A stretch of 64,000 nucleotides of DNA from Candidatus Zambryskibacteria bacterium RIFCSPHIGHO2_01_FULL_43_25 (GTDB lineage: Bacteria > Patescibacteriota > Minisyncoccia > Phycocordibacterales > Zambryskibacteraceae): NCBI GenBank assembly GCA_001823695.1, contig MHVD01000015.1, positions 2,445 to 66,444 on the forward strand, read 5' to 3'. The notes under the pieces were generated by a model that was not told where the DNA came from, searched no databases, and was given only the letters and a program-made list of their open reading frames with translations. How positions within the stretch are numbered: position 1 is the stretch's first letter; every line of letters starts with the position of its first letter. Shown piece by piece: positions 19,567 to 29,372 of this stretch. The translations under genes were made by a program, and so were the position numbers.

Positions 19567-21604
19567 GATCTTTTCAGTATTTTTACAACCCCAACATTAG
19601 CATCTACCTCGACTAGGTCGCCATCTTTTAAGACTTGTGTAGCAACCTTGGTGCCAATAATACAAGGTTTATGAAGTTCTCTACTAATTATCGCGGCATG
19701 GCACAAAACACCCCCTTCGTCGGTAATAATAGCTGACACATTTTTAAGTCTCGGTGTAAATTCTGGTGTTGTTTGGGGAGCTACCAAAACTGAATTAACG
19801 GGAATGTTTTGCAAATCTTTTTTTAATAAAACCACCTTTACTATCCCGGTCACTTTTCCTTTATATGCGATATCTCCCTTAATTTCTTTGCTCCCATTTT
19901 TCTCTTGAGTTTGTGGAATTATCCTACGGTACTTATTTAATGCGTTACTGTCAGAGTAAATAATTTGCCTGTTATATATTGTGCAAAGAAGATAATATTT
20001 TGACCTTTTTTTATTTCATTCCAATCAAAATTACCTCCGGACCCCATCAGTTTAATGATTTCGTCTGGCGTTAAAAAATAAAGGAGCCTCTTTTTCACAG
20101 AGAAAGTTTTTGCCAGGTAATTAAACAAATGGGGTAAATATTCCTCGTCAAAAAACAGAAAAGGATTGTGATTTCTGACCTTATTTAGTAGCTTTTCGTT
20201 TTCTTTTAAAAGATTCCGGTATAGAGTATTTTCAATGGCTTTGTCTAAATTAAATACAAAAAGATGATAAGACCAATACCTCAAGTAAAACTTATTAAAT
20301 TTTTTAAATTGATTTATAACCCATTGTTGTGATTTTTTGTCTAGATCGGTATTGATAAAACTTTGTGTCAACTTTATTCGTTGATCAATAATCTTTTTAA
20401 AATTTTTCAAAATACTGACTAATTTACCTTTTTTAACATACTTAATTATTTGATCTTTTACCCGTTGATCATCTTCAAAACTCTTATAACCCTTAAGGAA
20501 AGATTTCTCTGAAAAATAAAACAAACCTTTACTTTTAAACTCAAAAGTAGATTTATAAATACCAGTTTGGACTAAAAATGGATAATATATCGCGGTCAGG
20601 GACATGTCTCTTGATATATGGTTTATATATTGCTGATGAGGTTTTTTGACCTTATCTAATTTATCTAATGTAGTGATCGGTCTGCTTTGGGTAATATAAA
20701 ATTTCCCATTTTCATAAGCCCATTCAATATCGCAAGGAAATCCGTAATGGTTTTCTATTTTTACAATCAGATCAGCCAATTCAAGTATTTGACTTTCCTT
20801 TAAAACTTGAGAAGACGCTTGCGGTTTATAGATTTCTTTCCACTCATTTTCTCCGCTTCTCGATTTATACAGACCTCTCTTTTGAGTATTTACCGTTGTA
20901 TCAATTATTTTTCTTGGTTCCTTTTCAACAACATAAGAATCAGGAGTTATAGCTCCAGATACGATAGCTTCTCCAAGCCCAAAGCCAGCTTCGATAATGA
21001 GTTGATTTCTATCTTCTGTAATCGGATGGACTGAAAATGCTACCCCCGATACTTCCGACTGAACCATCTTCTGCACTACAACAGCTACAGAAATATCCGT
21101 GCCGTGAAGTTCTTTCTCAAAGCGATAAAAGATTGCCCTCGGAGTAAAGAGAGAAGACCAGCATTTCTTAACTTTATCGAGCAAGTCATCTTCCGTGGTG
21201 TTCAAATAGCTCTCAAGTTGACCCGCCCAAGCGTGCTCTGTTCCGTCTTCGGCCGTAGCAGAGGATCGGACAGCGACAAATTCTGTTTTAAGGAATTCGA
21301 ACTCTTTTTTAATCTCGTTACAGATATCAGATAGAATCTTCTGTTTTTCTATAAGTCCTCGTATTTTTTCTGAAGCTCTCTCAACAGTGTGAATTGCTTT
21401 ATGATCGACTGTCTTTAGAATTGCATCAATCTCCTGGGTTAAATCAGTCTCGTGGAGAAAGTGGTCAAAGGTGGCTGAGAGGATTACAAAACCATTGGGA
21501 ACAGGAATTCCGACCCGTGTCATTTCACCCAAAGAGGCACCCTTGCCGCCTGCCTTGTCGGCGTCTTTTTTAGTCAGCTTACTAAAAGGAGAGGTATATT
21601 TCAT
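19563..21604 (-). pseudogene. PEP synthase/PPDK-like phosphotransferase (ATP-grasp + swivel domain) split by a frameshift at an A7 run
   Basis: GGKGASLGEM, AVRSSATAED and DIEW..QSRPIT in 19937-21604; the -1 frame is open from about 20005 into the TDEGGVLCHAAIISRE domain. Confidence 0.75.
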
Positions 21605-21799
21605 TGTCTTAATTTAGCATTTTTACACCTTTTTACAATTTTGGATTAGTAAGGTGCTAGATCCCGTCGAAGTCTTCGGACTTCGGCGGGGTTTTGTTTT
21701 TCTGGCGACGACGATTTTTTGGTATTTTTTGATGGATTTATCTTGGCTAGGTTTAAGGAGATTTGAAACTTTTGCACACCTGTGGATAACAGGGTATAG

Positions 21800-21850
21800 G
21801 AGGTGGGAATAAGTGTTATATACTATTAGTCAAGTGGGAAGAAGTGGTAA
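21800..21850 (+). promoter_or_regulatory. mraZ promoter region with GTGG(G) repeats (putative MraZ boxes)
   Basis: GTGGGA, AAGTGGGA and AAGTGGTA repeats, the last two 10 bp apart, plus TATACT, upstream of mraZ. Confidence 0.55.
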
Positions 21851-21882
21851 AAAACAAACGAGCATAACGAGTATTGTTTTTA

Positions 21883-21979
21883 CCACCCAGCACTTATTTT
21901 CCACACCAAACTTTGCATGAGGTTTGCTGCCATACCTGCAAAGTCGCGACTATTTTAAAAAATTGTAAGTGCTGGGTGG
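21883..21979. repeat. 97 bp element with CCACCCAGCACTTA...TAAGTGCTGGGTGG ends in the mraZ leader
   Basis: Perfect 14 bp inverted repeat; same ends as 7362-7458. Confidence 0.65.
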
Positions 21980-22019
21980 AGATTTTCTAAGTTTGCTTCA
22001 CTCACTAAGAAAATCACCC

Positions 22020-22454
22020 ATGTTTATAGGCGAGTATACACATACAGTAGACGAGAAGAAGCGCATCTCTCTGCCGTCGAAGTTCCGCAAGGAACTCGGC
22101 AAAAAAATCGTTGTTACCCACGGGTTGGACAACTGTTTGCTTGTTTATTCGCTTAGGTCGTGGGGCGAGATTGCTCAAAAGCTTGGTTCTCTTCCCATGG
22201 GGCAACGCGATACCAGAGGCTTCGGCCGGTTCATGCTTGCCGGCGCAGTGGAGATGGACGTGGATTCAATTGGTCGAATTTTGGTTCCGGAATTCTTGCG
22301 TGATTACGCTGACTTAAAAACCAAAGTGGTATTTGCCGGTGTCTATGACCGCATTGAAATTTGGAACGACAGGCAGTGGGTCCTGTATAAGAAGCGAATC
22401 GAGAAGGATGCCGATGGCATGGCGGAGAAATTGGGCGAAATCGGCGTGTTTTAA
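22020..22454 (+). CDS. mraZ: transcriptional regulator MraZ
   Basis: MFIGEYTHTVDEKKRISLP, DSIGRILVP and IEIW motifs. Confidence 0.96.
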   Translation: MFIGEYTHTVDEKKRISLPSKFRKELGKKIVVTHGLDNCLLVYSLRSWGEIAQKLGSLPMGQRDTRGFGRFMLAGAVEMDVDSIGRILVPEFLRDYADLKTKVVFAGVYDRIEIWNDRQWVLYKKRIEKDADGMAEKLGEIGVF

Positions 22455-22476
22455 ACCCCAATTTCCAACAAGTTCC

Positions 22477-23397
22477 ATGAGCCATATCCCAGTTCTTTTA
22501 AATGAAGCAACAGAGGGCTTGGAGATTGCTGCTGGCGACGTGTTCGTTGATGCCACACTCGGCGCGGGCGGACACACTGAAGAAGTGTGCCGACTGTTCG
22601 GCCGAAGCGTCCGACTGATAGCGGTTGACCGAGACCAAGGCGCAATTGAGAGAAGTAGAAAAAGACTTGCCCAGTATCCTTGCGACGTAGTTTACGTAAA
22701 CGACAATTTCAGGAATTTCTCGACGATACTGAACGACTTGTCTATGCCGGCGGTGGACAAAGTTTTGTTTGACCTCGGCTTCTCATCCGACCAACTGGTG
22801 CCGCCGGAAGAATTGGAGGACGAAGAGGGGAGGGGGTTTTCTTTTCAAAGGGACGAACCGCTTCTCATGACTTACGAAAGAGATCCGTCTGCCAGTTCTC
22901 TCACCGCGAAGGAAATAGTCAACGAATGGCCGGAAGAGAAATTGGCAGAGCTTCTGCGGGAGCTGGGGGAAGAGAAGTTTGCAAACCGAATTGCCGGAGC
23001 GATAGTTCTCCGCCGCAAGGAAAGAAACATAGAGACAAGCGGAGATCTGGCAAATGTTGTGAAGCAGGCAGTCCCGCCGAATTATGAAAGAGGCAGAATC
23101 CACCCGGCTACCAGAACTTTCCAAGCATTGCGGATCGCTGTCAATGGCGAACTTACTGCTCTCTCCGAAGCCCTGAAGGCCGCATGGAAGAGACTAAACC
23201 CGCAAGGCAGAATCGCAGTCATCAGCTTTAACAGTCTGGAAGACAGAATAGTCAAACGATATTTTAAAGAATTGAGCACACAGGGCGGGGAACTGATTGT
23301 AAAGAAGCCGATTACGGCAAGTGGCGACGAAATCAAGGCAAACCCTCGCGCCAGAAGCGCAAAGTTGCGAATTATTAAAAAAGAGAAATTTTCATGA
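22477..23397 (+). CDS. rsmH: 16S rRNA m4C1402 methyltransferase
   Basis: HIPVLLNE, DATLGAGGH, HPATRTFQALRIAVN and NPRARSAKLR motifs. Confidence 0.96.
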   Translation: MSHIPVLLNEATEGLEIAAGDVFVDATLGAGGHTEEVCRLFGRSVRLIAVDRDQGAIERSRKRLAQYPCDVVYVNDNFRNFSTILNDLSMPAVDKVLFDLGFSSDQLVPPEELEDEEGRGFSFQRDEPLLMTYERDPSASSLTAKEIVNEWPEEKLAELLRELGEEKFANRIAGAIVLRRKERNIETSGDLANVVKQAVPPNYERGRIHPATRTFQALRIAVNGELTALSEALKAAWKRLNPQGRIAVISFNSLEDRIVKRYFKELSTQGGELIVKKPITASGDEIKANPRARSAKLRIIKKEKFS

Positions 23398-23714
23398 GAG
23401 TAAATACTGCGGTACTTAAAGATACGAGAGTAATATTTTGGGGCATCGCCTGCCTTACTGCCGGCCTTGCGGTTTTTTATATCTTGGGCATCAACCAAAC
23501 AGTGAGAAATGTCGCTGAACGGCAGATTCTTGAGACTGAACTGTCCTCCATTTCAAACAAAATAGCAGAGTTGGAATTTTCATACATTGCGCTAAAAAAT
23601 AATATAACAATTAATACGGCTTTTGAGCTCGGCTTTGAACAGGTTAAAGAAGTTGTCTATGTCTCAAGGAAGCCAGCCGTTGCCTTCGCTTCAACTTTTC
23701 CTCAAACTCCATAG
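23394..23714 (+). CDS. FtsL-like cell division protein
   Basis: TM plus coiled coil, located between rsmH and the PBP gene. Confidence 0.65.
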   Translation: MRVNTAVLKDTRVIFWGIACLTAGLAVFYILGINQTVRNVAERQILETELSSISNKIAELEFSYIALKNNITINTAFELGFEQVKEVVYVSRKPAVAFASTFPQTP

Positions 23715-23747
23715 CAACAATACTGTATAATTTCTAACGGGATGAAT

Positions 23748-23940
23748 CCCGTAAGAAATAGGAAATACTCCCTAGAAAGAAATTAAAACGGGGATTAAAG
23801 TTAATTATTTAAAAAAAGCCAAAATATTGGTTGCGATGCATAAGTATTTCCGTAATTAAACGGTTTCCGTTGTGCTAACACAACGAGTAAGGGTGATATG
23901 AACGGAGTTTTACAAGATAAACTGCATAATTTCTAACGGG
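23748..23940. mobile_element. 193 bp element abutting the ftsI start codon (subfamily A)
   Basis: ATGAAT|CCCGTAAGAAAT...ATTTCTAACGGG|ATGAAA; preceded by a second right end at 23729-23741. Confidence 0.7.
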
Positions 23941-25653
23941 ATGAAACAACAGTCAGTACGGAGAATCCGAATAATTTCCACTGGCATCTTTTTGTTTGCT
24001 ATGGTGCTTGTCAGCAGACTCTATTTTCTTCAAATAGTTTCGGGGGATGAACTTGCCGGCAGGGCCGACAGGCAGTACGTCCAGTCAAGCTACGATTACT
24101 TCAACCGCGGCTCCGTTTTTCTTACCAGCAAAACCGGTGAAAAGGTCTCTGCGGCAACGTTAAAGACCGGCTTCATCGTGGCGCTAAATCCGAAACTGAT
24201 TGAAGACCCGGAGATGTTGTATAACACGCTTTTACCTTTGATTTCAATTGAAAACAGGGAGGCCTTTCTTGAGAAAGCGGAAAAGTCTGACGATACGTAC
24301 GAACAAATAGCTCAAAAAATTCCAAAAGAAATTGCTGACGAGATTTCAGCTCTAAAAATACCCGGAGTTTCCATATATAAACAAAGATGGAGATATTATC
24401 CCGGCAACACTCTGGCGGCGCACACATTGGGCTTTATTGCATACAAGGAGGACGAATTGGCCGGAAGGTACGGCCTTGAGAGATATTATGAAGATACGCT
24501 GAATCGCAACAACGACTCGGTGTTTGTTAATTTCTTCGCAGAAATTTTTTCCAATGTTGAAAGCGGGGTGTCCGACGAAAAAAAATTGGAAGGAGACATC
24601 GTAACGAGCATTGAGCCGACAGTCGAGGCCTTTCTTGAGGAGGAGCTTCGTAAAATAAACGAGAAGTGGTCGTCCCAATATTCGGGAGGCATCATTATCA
24701 ATCCGATGAATGGCGAAATTTACGCGATGGCCATTAATCCAACCTTTGACCCAAACAGCATCGGAAGCGCCAAAAATTCCGATATCTTCAAGAATCATCT
24801 CGTTGAGAGCGTGTATGAGATGGGCTCTATCATAAAACCTCTAACCATTGCCGCCGGTCTGGACGCGGGAGCCATAACCGCCAAGTCCACATACTTTGAC
24901 GCCGGCTTTCTGACTCTCAACAACAAAACAATATCAAACTACGACGGTAGGGGGAGGGGACTGGTTTCTATGCAGGAGGTGCTCAATCAATCCCTCAACA
25001 CCGGCGCCGCCTTTGCAGTCAGCGCCATGGGCAAGGGGACTTTTGCCAAATATATGTTTGATTTCGGAGTGGCTGAAGAGACCGGCATTGACCTGCCGAA
25101 CGAGACTCACGGTCTTGTAGAGAACCTGAAAAGTCCACGCGATATTGAATACGCTACTGCTTCCTATGGCCAGGGTATGGCGCTCACCCCGATAGAAACC
25201 GTTCGCGCCATGGCGGCGCTTGGTAATGGCGGGATGCTCGTGAATCCCCACATTGTAACGAAAATAGATTACTCAATCGGCGGAGGCAAGAAAATTGTGC
25301 CCAATCCAAGTAAACAAGTTCTTACCAAAGAAACCTCCGAAGAGATTACCAGAATGTTGGTTCATGTGGTTGATAACGCGCTTCTCAACGGCCAAGCGAA
25401 AATTCCCAATTACAGCGTGGCGGCAAAAACGGGTACAGCCCAAGTTGCCAATCCCGAAGGCGGAGGATACTATACGGATGTGTTCCTTCACTCATTTTTC
25501 GGTTATTTTCCGGCTTATAATCCGCAATTCCTGGTGTTTCTGTACACTTTTGACCCCAAAGAGGTGAAATATGCTTCGGAAACGCTCACTGTCTCTTTCC
25601 TTGATATAACCAAATTTTTAATAAATTATTATGAAATACCGCCCGACCGTTAA
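23941..25653 (+). CDS. ftsI: class B penicillin-binding protein (FtsI-like)
   Basis: GSIIK (SxxK), SLN and KTGT motifs; dcw cluster position. Confidence 0.88.
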   Translation: MKQQSVRRIRIISTGIFLFAMVLVSRLYFLQIVSGDELAGRADRQYVQSSYDYFNRGSVFLTSKTGEKVSAATLKTGFIVALNPKLIEDPEMLYNTLLPLISIENREAFLEKAEKSDDTYEQIAQKIPKEIADEISALKIPGVSIYKQRWRYYPGNTLAAHTLGFIAYKEDELAGRYGLERYYEDTLNRNNDSVFVNFFAEIFSNVESGVSDEKKLEGDIVTSIEPTVEAFLEEELRKINEKWSSQYSGGIIINPMNGEIYAMAINPTFDPNSIGSAKNSDIFKNHLVESVYEMGSIIKPLTIAAGLDAGAITAKSTYFDAGFLTLNNKTISNYDGRGRGLVSMQEVLNQSLNTGAAFAVSAMGKGTFAKYMFDFGVAEETGIDLPNETHGLVENLKSPRDIEYATASYGQGMALTPIETVRAMAALGNGGMLVNPHIVTKIDYSIGGGKKIVPNPSKQVLTKETSEEITRMLVHVVDNALLNGQAKIPNYSVAAKTGTAQVANPEGGGYYTDVFLHSFFGYFPAYNPQFLVFLYTFDPKEVKYASETLTVSFLDITKFLINYYEIPPDR

Positions 25654-25712
25654 TCGTATAACATGTAACTTATAACACAAAACTTACAAAACCAATTTCT
25701 TACGGAATGAAT

Positions 25713-25908
25713 CCCGTTAGAAATAGGAAATGCCAATAAACAAAAATTAGATATAAACAAGTCATGACTTTACTCGAAAAAGAAGCGGGGATAAGAAACT
25801 GGAGCTCAGGCATTTCCGTTGAAGAAAATGACTTTAGCCGTATTAATATAAGATGTATCGGTATGTCCAAATTGGCTTTACAAAATTAACTCATGGATTT
25901 CTTACGGG
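25713..25908. mobile_element. 196 bp element abutting the murF start codon (subfamily A)
   Basis: ATGAAT|CCCGTTAGAAAT...ATTTCTTACGGG|ATGAAG; preceded by TTTCTTACGGA. Confidence 0.7.
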
Positions 25909-27210
25909 ATGAAGCAAATTTTTAAGAAAATAATAGTTGCCGTGCTGACTTGGGAGGCGCGTCTTGTGTTGGCAAAATATAAGCCGAAAATTGTTGCTGT
26001 CACGGGAAGCGTCGGCAAGACGGGAAGCAAGGACGCCATATATTGTGTTTTGTCCAAATTCTTTTTTGTCCGTAAGAGTGAAAAAAGCTTCAACAGCGAA
26101 ATCGGAGTACCGCTGGCCATCCTAGGTTTACCAAATGCATGGAGCAATCCACTCCTGTGGCTGACGAATCTATCGGAAGGGCTCATACTTATTTTGTTTA
26201 AAGCTAGATACCCGCAATGGCTTGTTCTTGAAGTTGGTGCGGACAGACCGGGAGATATTGCTGGAATTGCAAGGTGGCTTCGGCCGGACATTGTGGCCGT
26301 AACGAGGCTAGGCAAGACCCCAGTCCACATTGAATTTTTTGAATCAGCGGAGGAGCTCTTCAAAGAGAAGCGTTCTCTTATAAAATATCTTAAACCGGAA
26401 GGGTCGCTGGTTCTCAATTATGATGATGAGGATGTGCGCAAATTTTCCGAAAACTTCTCCGGAAATATAAAGTACTTCGGCCTAGAAACGCAGGCGGATA
26501 TCTTTGGTTCATATTATGAAATTAATTACAAAGAAAAATCAGGAATAAAAATTCCTGCCGGATTTTCATACAAGGCGGATGCAAGTGGTTTGGTAAAAAC
26601 CGTATCGGTGAATGGCTGCATAGGAAGGCAGTATATGTACGCTACTCTTTGTGCGTTGGCTGTAGGGCTTGCTCTTAAGCTTGACCTGCATGAAATGACG
26701 CAGGCATTAAGCGAGTTTGATCCGCCTCGGGGCAGAATGAACCTGATTTCCGGAATAAGAGATAGTCTTGTCATTGACGATTCGTACAATTCTTCGCCCG
26801 TAGCTCTTATGGAAGCGCTGGAGAGTCTAAAGTTTATTAAATCCTCCGGCAGGAAAATTGCGGTTCTGGGAGATATGCTTGAACTCGGGACCCATACGGT
26901 TGATGCCCACAGAGAGGCGGGAGAAAAGGCGGGGCAATTCTGCGATATTCTTGCTACGGTTGGATTGCGGGCGCAGAATATCGCGATGGGCGCAATTGAA
27001 GCTGGGATGAAAGACAAAAATATATTTCAATACGAGAATTCGCGCGAAGCCGGAAAGAAACTGAAATCCAAAATCGCCGAGGGTGATATTGTTTTAATAA
27101 AAGGTTCGCAGGGTGTCAGGATGGAGAGAGTGGTTGAGGCGGTGATGGCGCATCCTGAAAATAAGGAGAAAATCTTGGTGAGACAGGATGAGGAGTGGAA
27201 AAACAGATAA
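25909..27210 (+). CDS. murF: UDP-N-acetylmuramoyl-tripeptide--D-Ala-D-Ala ligase
   Basis: VTGSVGKT, FNSEIGVPL, DDSYNSSP, LGDMLELG and IKGS motifs. Confidence 0.93.
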   Translation: MKQIFKKIIVAVLTWEARLVLAKYKPKIVAVTGSVGKTGSKDAIYCVLSKFFFVRKSEKSFNSEIGVPLAILGLPNAWSNPLLWLTNLSEGLILILFKARYPQWLVLEVGADRPGDIAGIARWLRPDIVAVTRLGKTPVHIEFFESAEELFKEKRSLIKYLKPEGSLVLNYDDEDVRKFSENFSGNIKYFGLETQADIFGSYYEINYKEKSGIKIPAGFSYKADASGLVKTVSVNGCIGRQYMYATLCALAVGLALKLDLHEMTQALSEFDPPRGRMNLISGIRDSLVIDDSYNSSPVALMEALESLKFIKSSGRKIAVLGDMLELGTHTVDAHREAGEKAGQFCDILATVGLRAQNIAMGAIEAGMKDKNIFQYENSREAGKKLKSKIAEGDIVLIKGSQGVRMERVVEAVMAHPENKEKILVRQDEEWKNR

Positions 27211-27253
27211 ATTTATAATTGACTTAATTAATCTAATTTCTAAATAGGATAAT

Positions 27254-27520
27254 ATGGAAAATAAAAATCTAAATGATGATAATGATTTAGTTGATAGGAA
27301 TGCAAAGAGGATGAAAGAATCTTCTAGTAAGAATCTTTCTGTAAAAAAACACCAGAGCCAAGTTCACTTGGCTTTTATTGGGGCAGTTGGTATCGTTTTG
27401 GGTGTATTTGTGGATAGTATCTTAAAACTTACAAATAACCTGTCTACTTGGGTGGTTATCGTAATCGGACTAATTTTGATGATTGCAACTGGACTATTGC
27501 TACAGAATTTGAGCAGGTAG
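27254..27520 (+). CDS. hypothetical two-TM protein (AT-rich)
   Basis: 88 aa ORF with AGGA RBS and two hydrophobic helices. Confidence 0.6.
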   Translation: MENKNLNDDNDLVDRNAKRMKESSSKNLSVKKHQSQVHLAFIGAVGIVLGVFVDSILKLTNNLSTWVVIVIGLILMIATGLLLQNLSR

Positions 27521-27612
27521 AAGAGGGGAATTAAGAATCTGGAATAAGGAATAAAAAAACACCCCCCAACGTCCCATTAATACGGGAGTCGGGGGGTGTA
27601 ATGCTGGGAGGT

Positions 27613-28032
27613 TCAGGCTCTTTGCCCGCCGAGCAGGAAGATTGCCAGAAAGGCAGCCAACACGCCGACGATTTGCTTCAACGTGTACTCGCCATTCTGT
27701 ACCATGTGGTACACGACCGGCAGAGAGACCTGAACCATAATCATCATGACGAACAGCATACCAACCTGTTCCTTTGTTACCTTTGCTAGCATACTGTTGA
27801 AGGTCAAGAGCCCTGAAACTGCGACGACTCCCGCTGCCAGAGCGAATTCAATCCTTGCTGTATGCAAAGTCTGGAATCCGCTAGTGACAGCAAAGGGAAT
27901 GATCACAGTCAGGGCAACGCAGGACTGAACCAGGGAGGCAACATTCCCGTTCAGTCCGCTTCTGTTCATCAGTAGCGGCCAGAAGCCGAAAAAGATGCCT
28001 GCCAGAATTGTTCGCGAGTAGAGGTCGGTCAT
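27613..28032 (-). CDS. DMT/EamA-like small membrane transporter
   Basis: Five hydrophobic segments; TTGACA-N16-TATAAT promoter at 28071-28098 and a GC hairpin terminator at about 27553-27600. Confidence 0.65.
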   Translation of the reverse strand: MTDLYSRTILAGIFFGFWPLLMNRSGLNGNVASLVQSCVALTVIIPFAVTSGFQTLHTARIEFALAAGVVAVSGLLTFNSMLAKVTKEQVGMLFVMMIMVQVSLPVVYHMVQNGEYTLKQIVGVLAAFLAIFLLGGQRA

Positions 28033-28118
28033 ATAGCCGTCCTTGCTTGAGGTTCGTTTTTCTGCTTACTATTATATCAAATTTACGGAAGTTGTCAAAT
28101 TTTCTAATGTGCGCTTTG

Positions 28119-28156
28119 TGACCCCACGGGCCTGCCTGCCGGCAGGCAGGGAATCG
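28119..28156 (-). repeat. duplicated tRNA-Glu 3' end interrupted by a 20 bp palindrome
   Basis: TGACCCCACGGG[CCTGCCTGCCGGCAGGCAGG]GAATCG versus TGACCCTACGGGGAATCG at 28294. Confidence 0.7.
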
Positions 28157-28293
28157 GCTAGCTGTATTTTTTTGCTGAAAAATCATCCAGCCCGCCCTCG
28201 CACCAGTGCTCCGGGCTTCGATTCTCTCCACCCAGAGATCATGACGGGTACAGAAAAAGGCCCCACACAAAATGGAACCTTTTTCTGTACCCA

Positions 28294-28365
28294 TGACCCT
28301 ACGGGGAATCGAACCCCGGTTCCAGCCTTGAGAAGGCTGTGTCCTAACCGCTAGACGATAGGGCC
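28294..28365 (-). tRNA. tRNA-Glu(CTC), CCA not encoded
   Basis: GGCCCTATCGTCTAGCGGTTAGGACACAGCCTTCTCAAGGCTGGAACCGGGGTTCGATTCCCCGTAGGGTCA folds into a cloverleaf. Confidence 0.96.
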
Positions 28366-28431
28366 TTAAAACAGAACAAATATATCATTTTTACAAGAAA
28401 AATGTTAGATTTTTTGCTTTATTTAATTTGT

Positions 28432-28461
28432 TATTCTAGTATTTTGCAAAACATTAGAATA
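28432..28461. repeat. degenerate type A palindrome
   Basis: TATTCTAGTATTTTGCAAAACATTAGAATA. Confidence 0.7.
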
Positions 28462-28755
28462 GATAAGTTTGTGTTTTTATATACAGTTTGTTAGCATAAC
28501 ATAACTCCGGCACGGCGATTTGCCCCGCAATCTAAGTACCGAGCTGGGGTTGTCTGGTCGCGGGGAAGTGTCCAGACTTGTGTGGCTATGGTTAGCCTTA
28601 TCGACCATTGAGTTGGTATCGGTGCATTACCATAAGCCATCAACCCTTCCGCGAGGAAGGCGTATATTACCCTCAACGCTGTATAAGTGTTTGAGGGTAA
28701 CTTGTTTTTATACTTTCACCCTTGCCGCTCCCTGTCTTTTTTTCCACGACTCAAA

Positions 28756-28787
28756 CTATTCTACTATTCGCGCGAATTAGAGATATG
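28756..28787. repeat. type D site (matches the ArsR 3' end)
   Basis: CTATTCTACTATT-CGCGCG-AATTAGAGATATG. Confidence 0.6.
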
Positions 28788-28877
28788 TTTAGGTTTTGTA
28801 ATAATTTGGTTTTTTTATTTTACACCTAACATTTATAATGTTATTATTTTCTCGGAAACCTGAACCTTGGAGGGTGT

Positions 28878-29213
28878 ATGGCAAGGAAAAAGAAGACTCA
28901 GCCACCCAAGTACTACGTGGAACCGATCCCGCTTGAGGGGTCCCCAGTCAATTCGTGGCTCGCCGAGAGGTTGGATGCGGAAAAGGACACCTTGAGTGCG
29001 TACGACGCTCAGGGGATCCATCACAACGTCTGGGTATGCGACCTCGAGACCATGAGACTTCTCAAGTTCATCGCCGAGAGCCGTGCGAGGGAGGGCTGGT
29101 CGTACGAGGTCTTCAACATGATGGATGACGGCCGCCTAAAGAAGATCAGGGGTGAGTATCGAGTCAAACAACCTCGCAGGGGAGTCTTCTTCCCGGCACC
29201 GACGCACTCCTGA
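28878..29213 (+). CDS. hypothetical GC-rich accessory protein
   Basis: GGAGG RBS, 111 aa, hairpin plus T-run terminator at about 29233-29270. Confidence 0.7.
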   Translation: MARKKKTQPPKYYVEPIPLEGSPVNSWLAERLDAEKDTLSAYDAQGIHHNVWVCDLETMRLLKFIAESRAREGWSYEVFNMMDDGRLKKIRGEYRVKQPRRGVFFPAPTHS

Positions 29214-29277
29214 CATCGCAAGCCACTTCAAACCGCCCCCGCACATTGCGTGCGTGGGGCGGCTTTGTTTTACTGAC

Positions 29278-29317
29278 TATTCTATTTGATATTTTGCGCA
29301 AAATATCAAATAGAATA
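29278..29317. repeat. 40 bp perfect palindrome (type C)
   Basis: TATTCTATTTGATATTTTGC|GCAAAATATCAAATAGAATA; core repeated at 31670-31699. Confidence 0.9.
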
Positions 29318-29372
29318 CAGTTTTACTTATGTATATTGAGCTTATTATAAGTTTCAGGTTATAATTAATCTC

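Noticed and set aside
15064..21789. Replication origin suggested by DnaA-box matches (TTATCCACA at about 15064, TGTGGATAA at 21781)
   Set aside because: These are isolated single boxes with no cluster and no dnaA or dnaN nearby.
23908..23930. Outward promoter in the element 3' end (TTTACA...CATAAT)
   Set aside because: The spacing is only about 10 nt, too short for sigma70; treated as a conserved motif of unknown role.
28491..28780. Short ORFs between palindromes beside tRNA-Glu
   Set aside because: No RBS or motifs; possibly a gene remnant, but not supportable.
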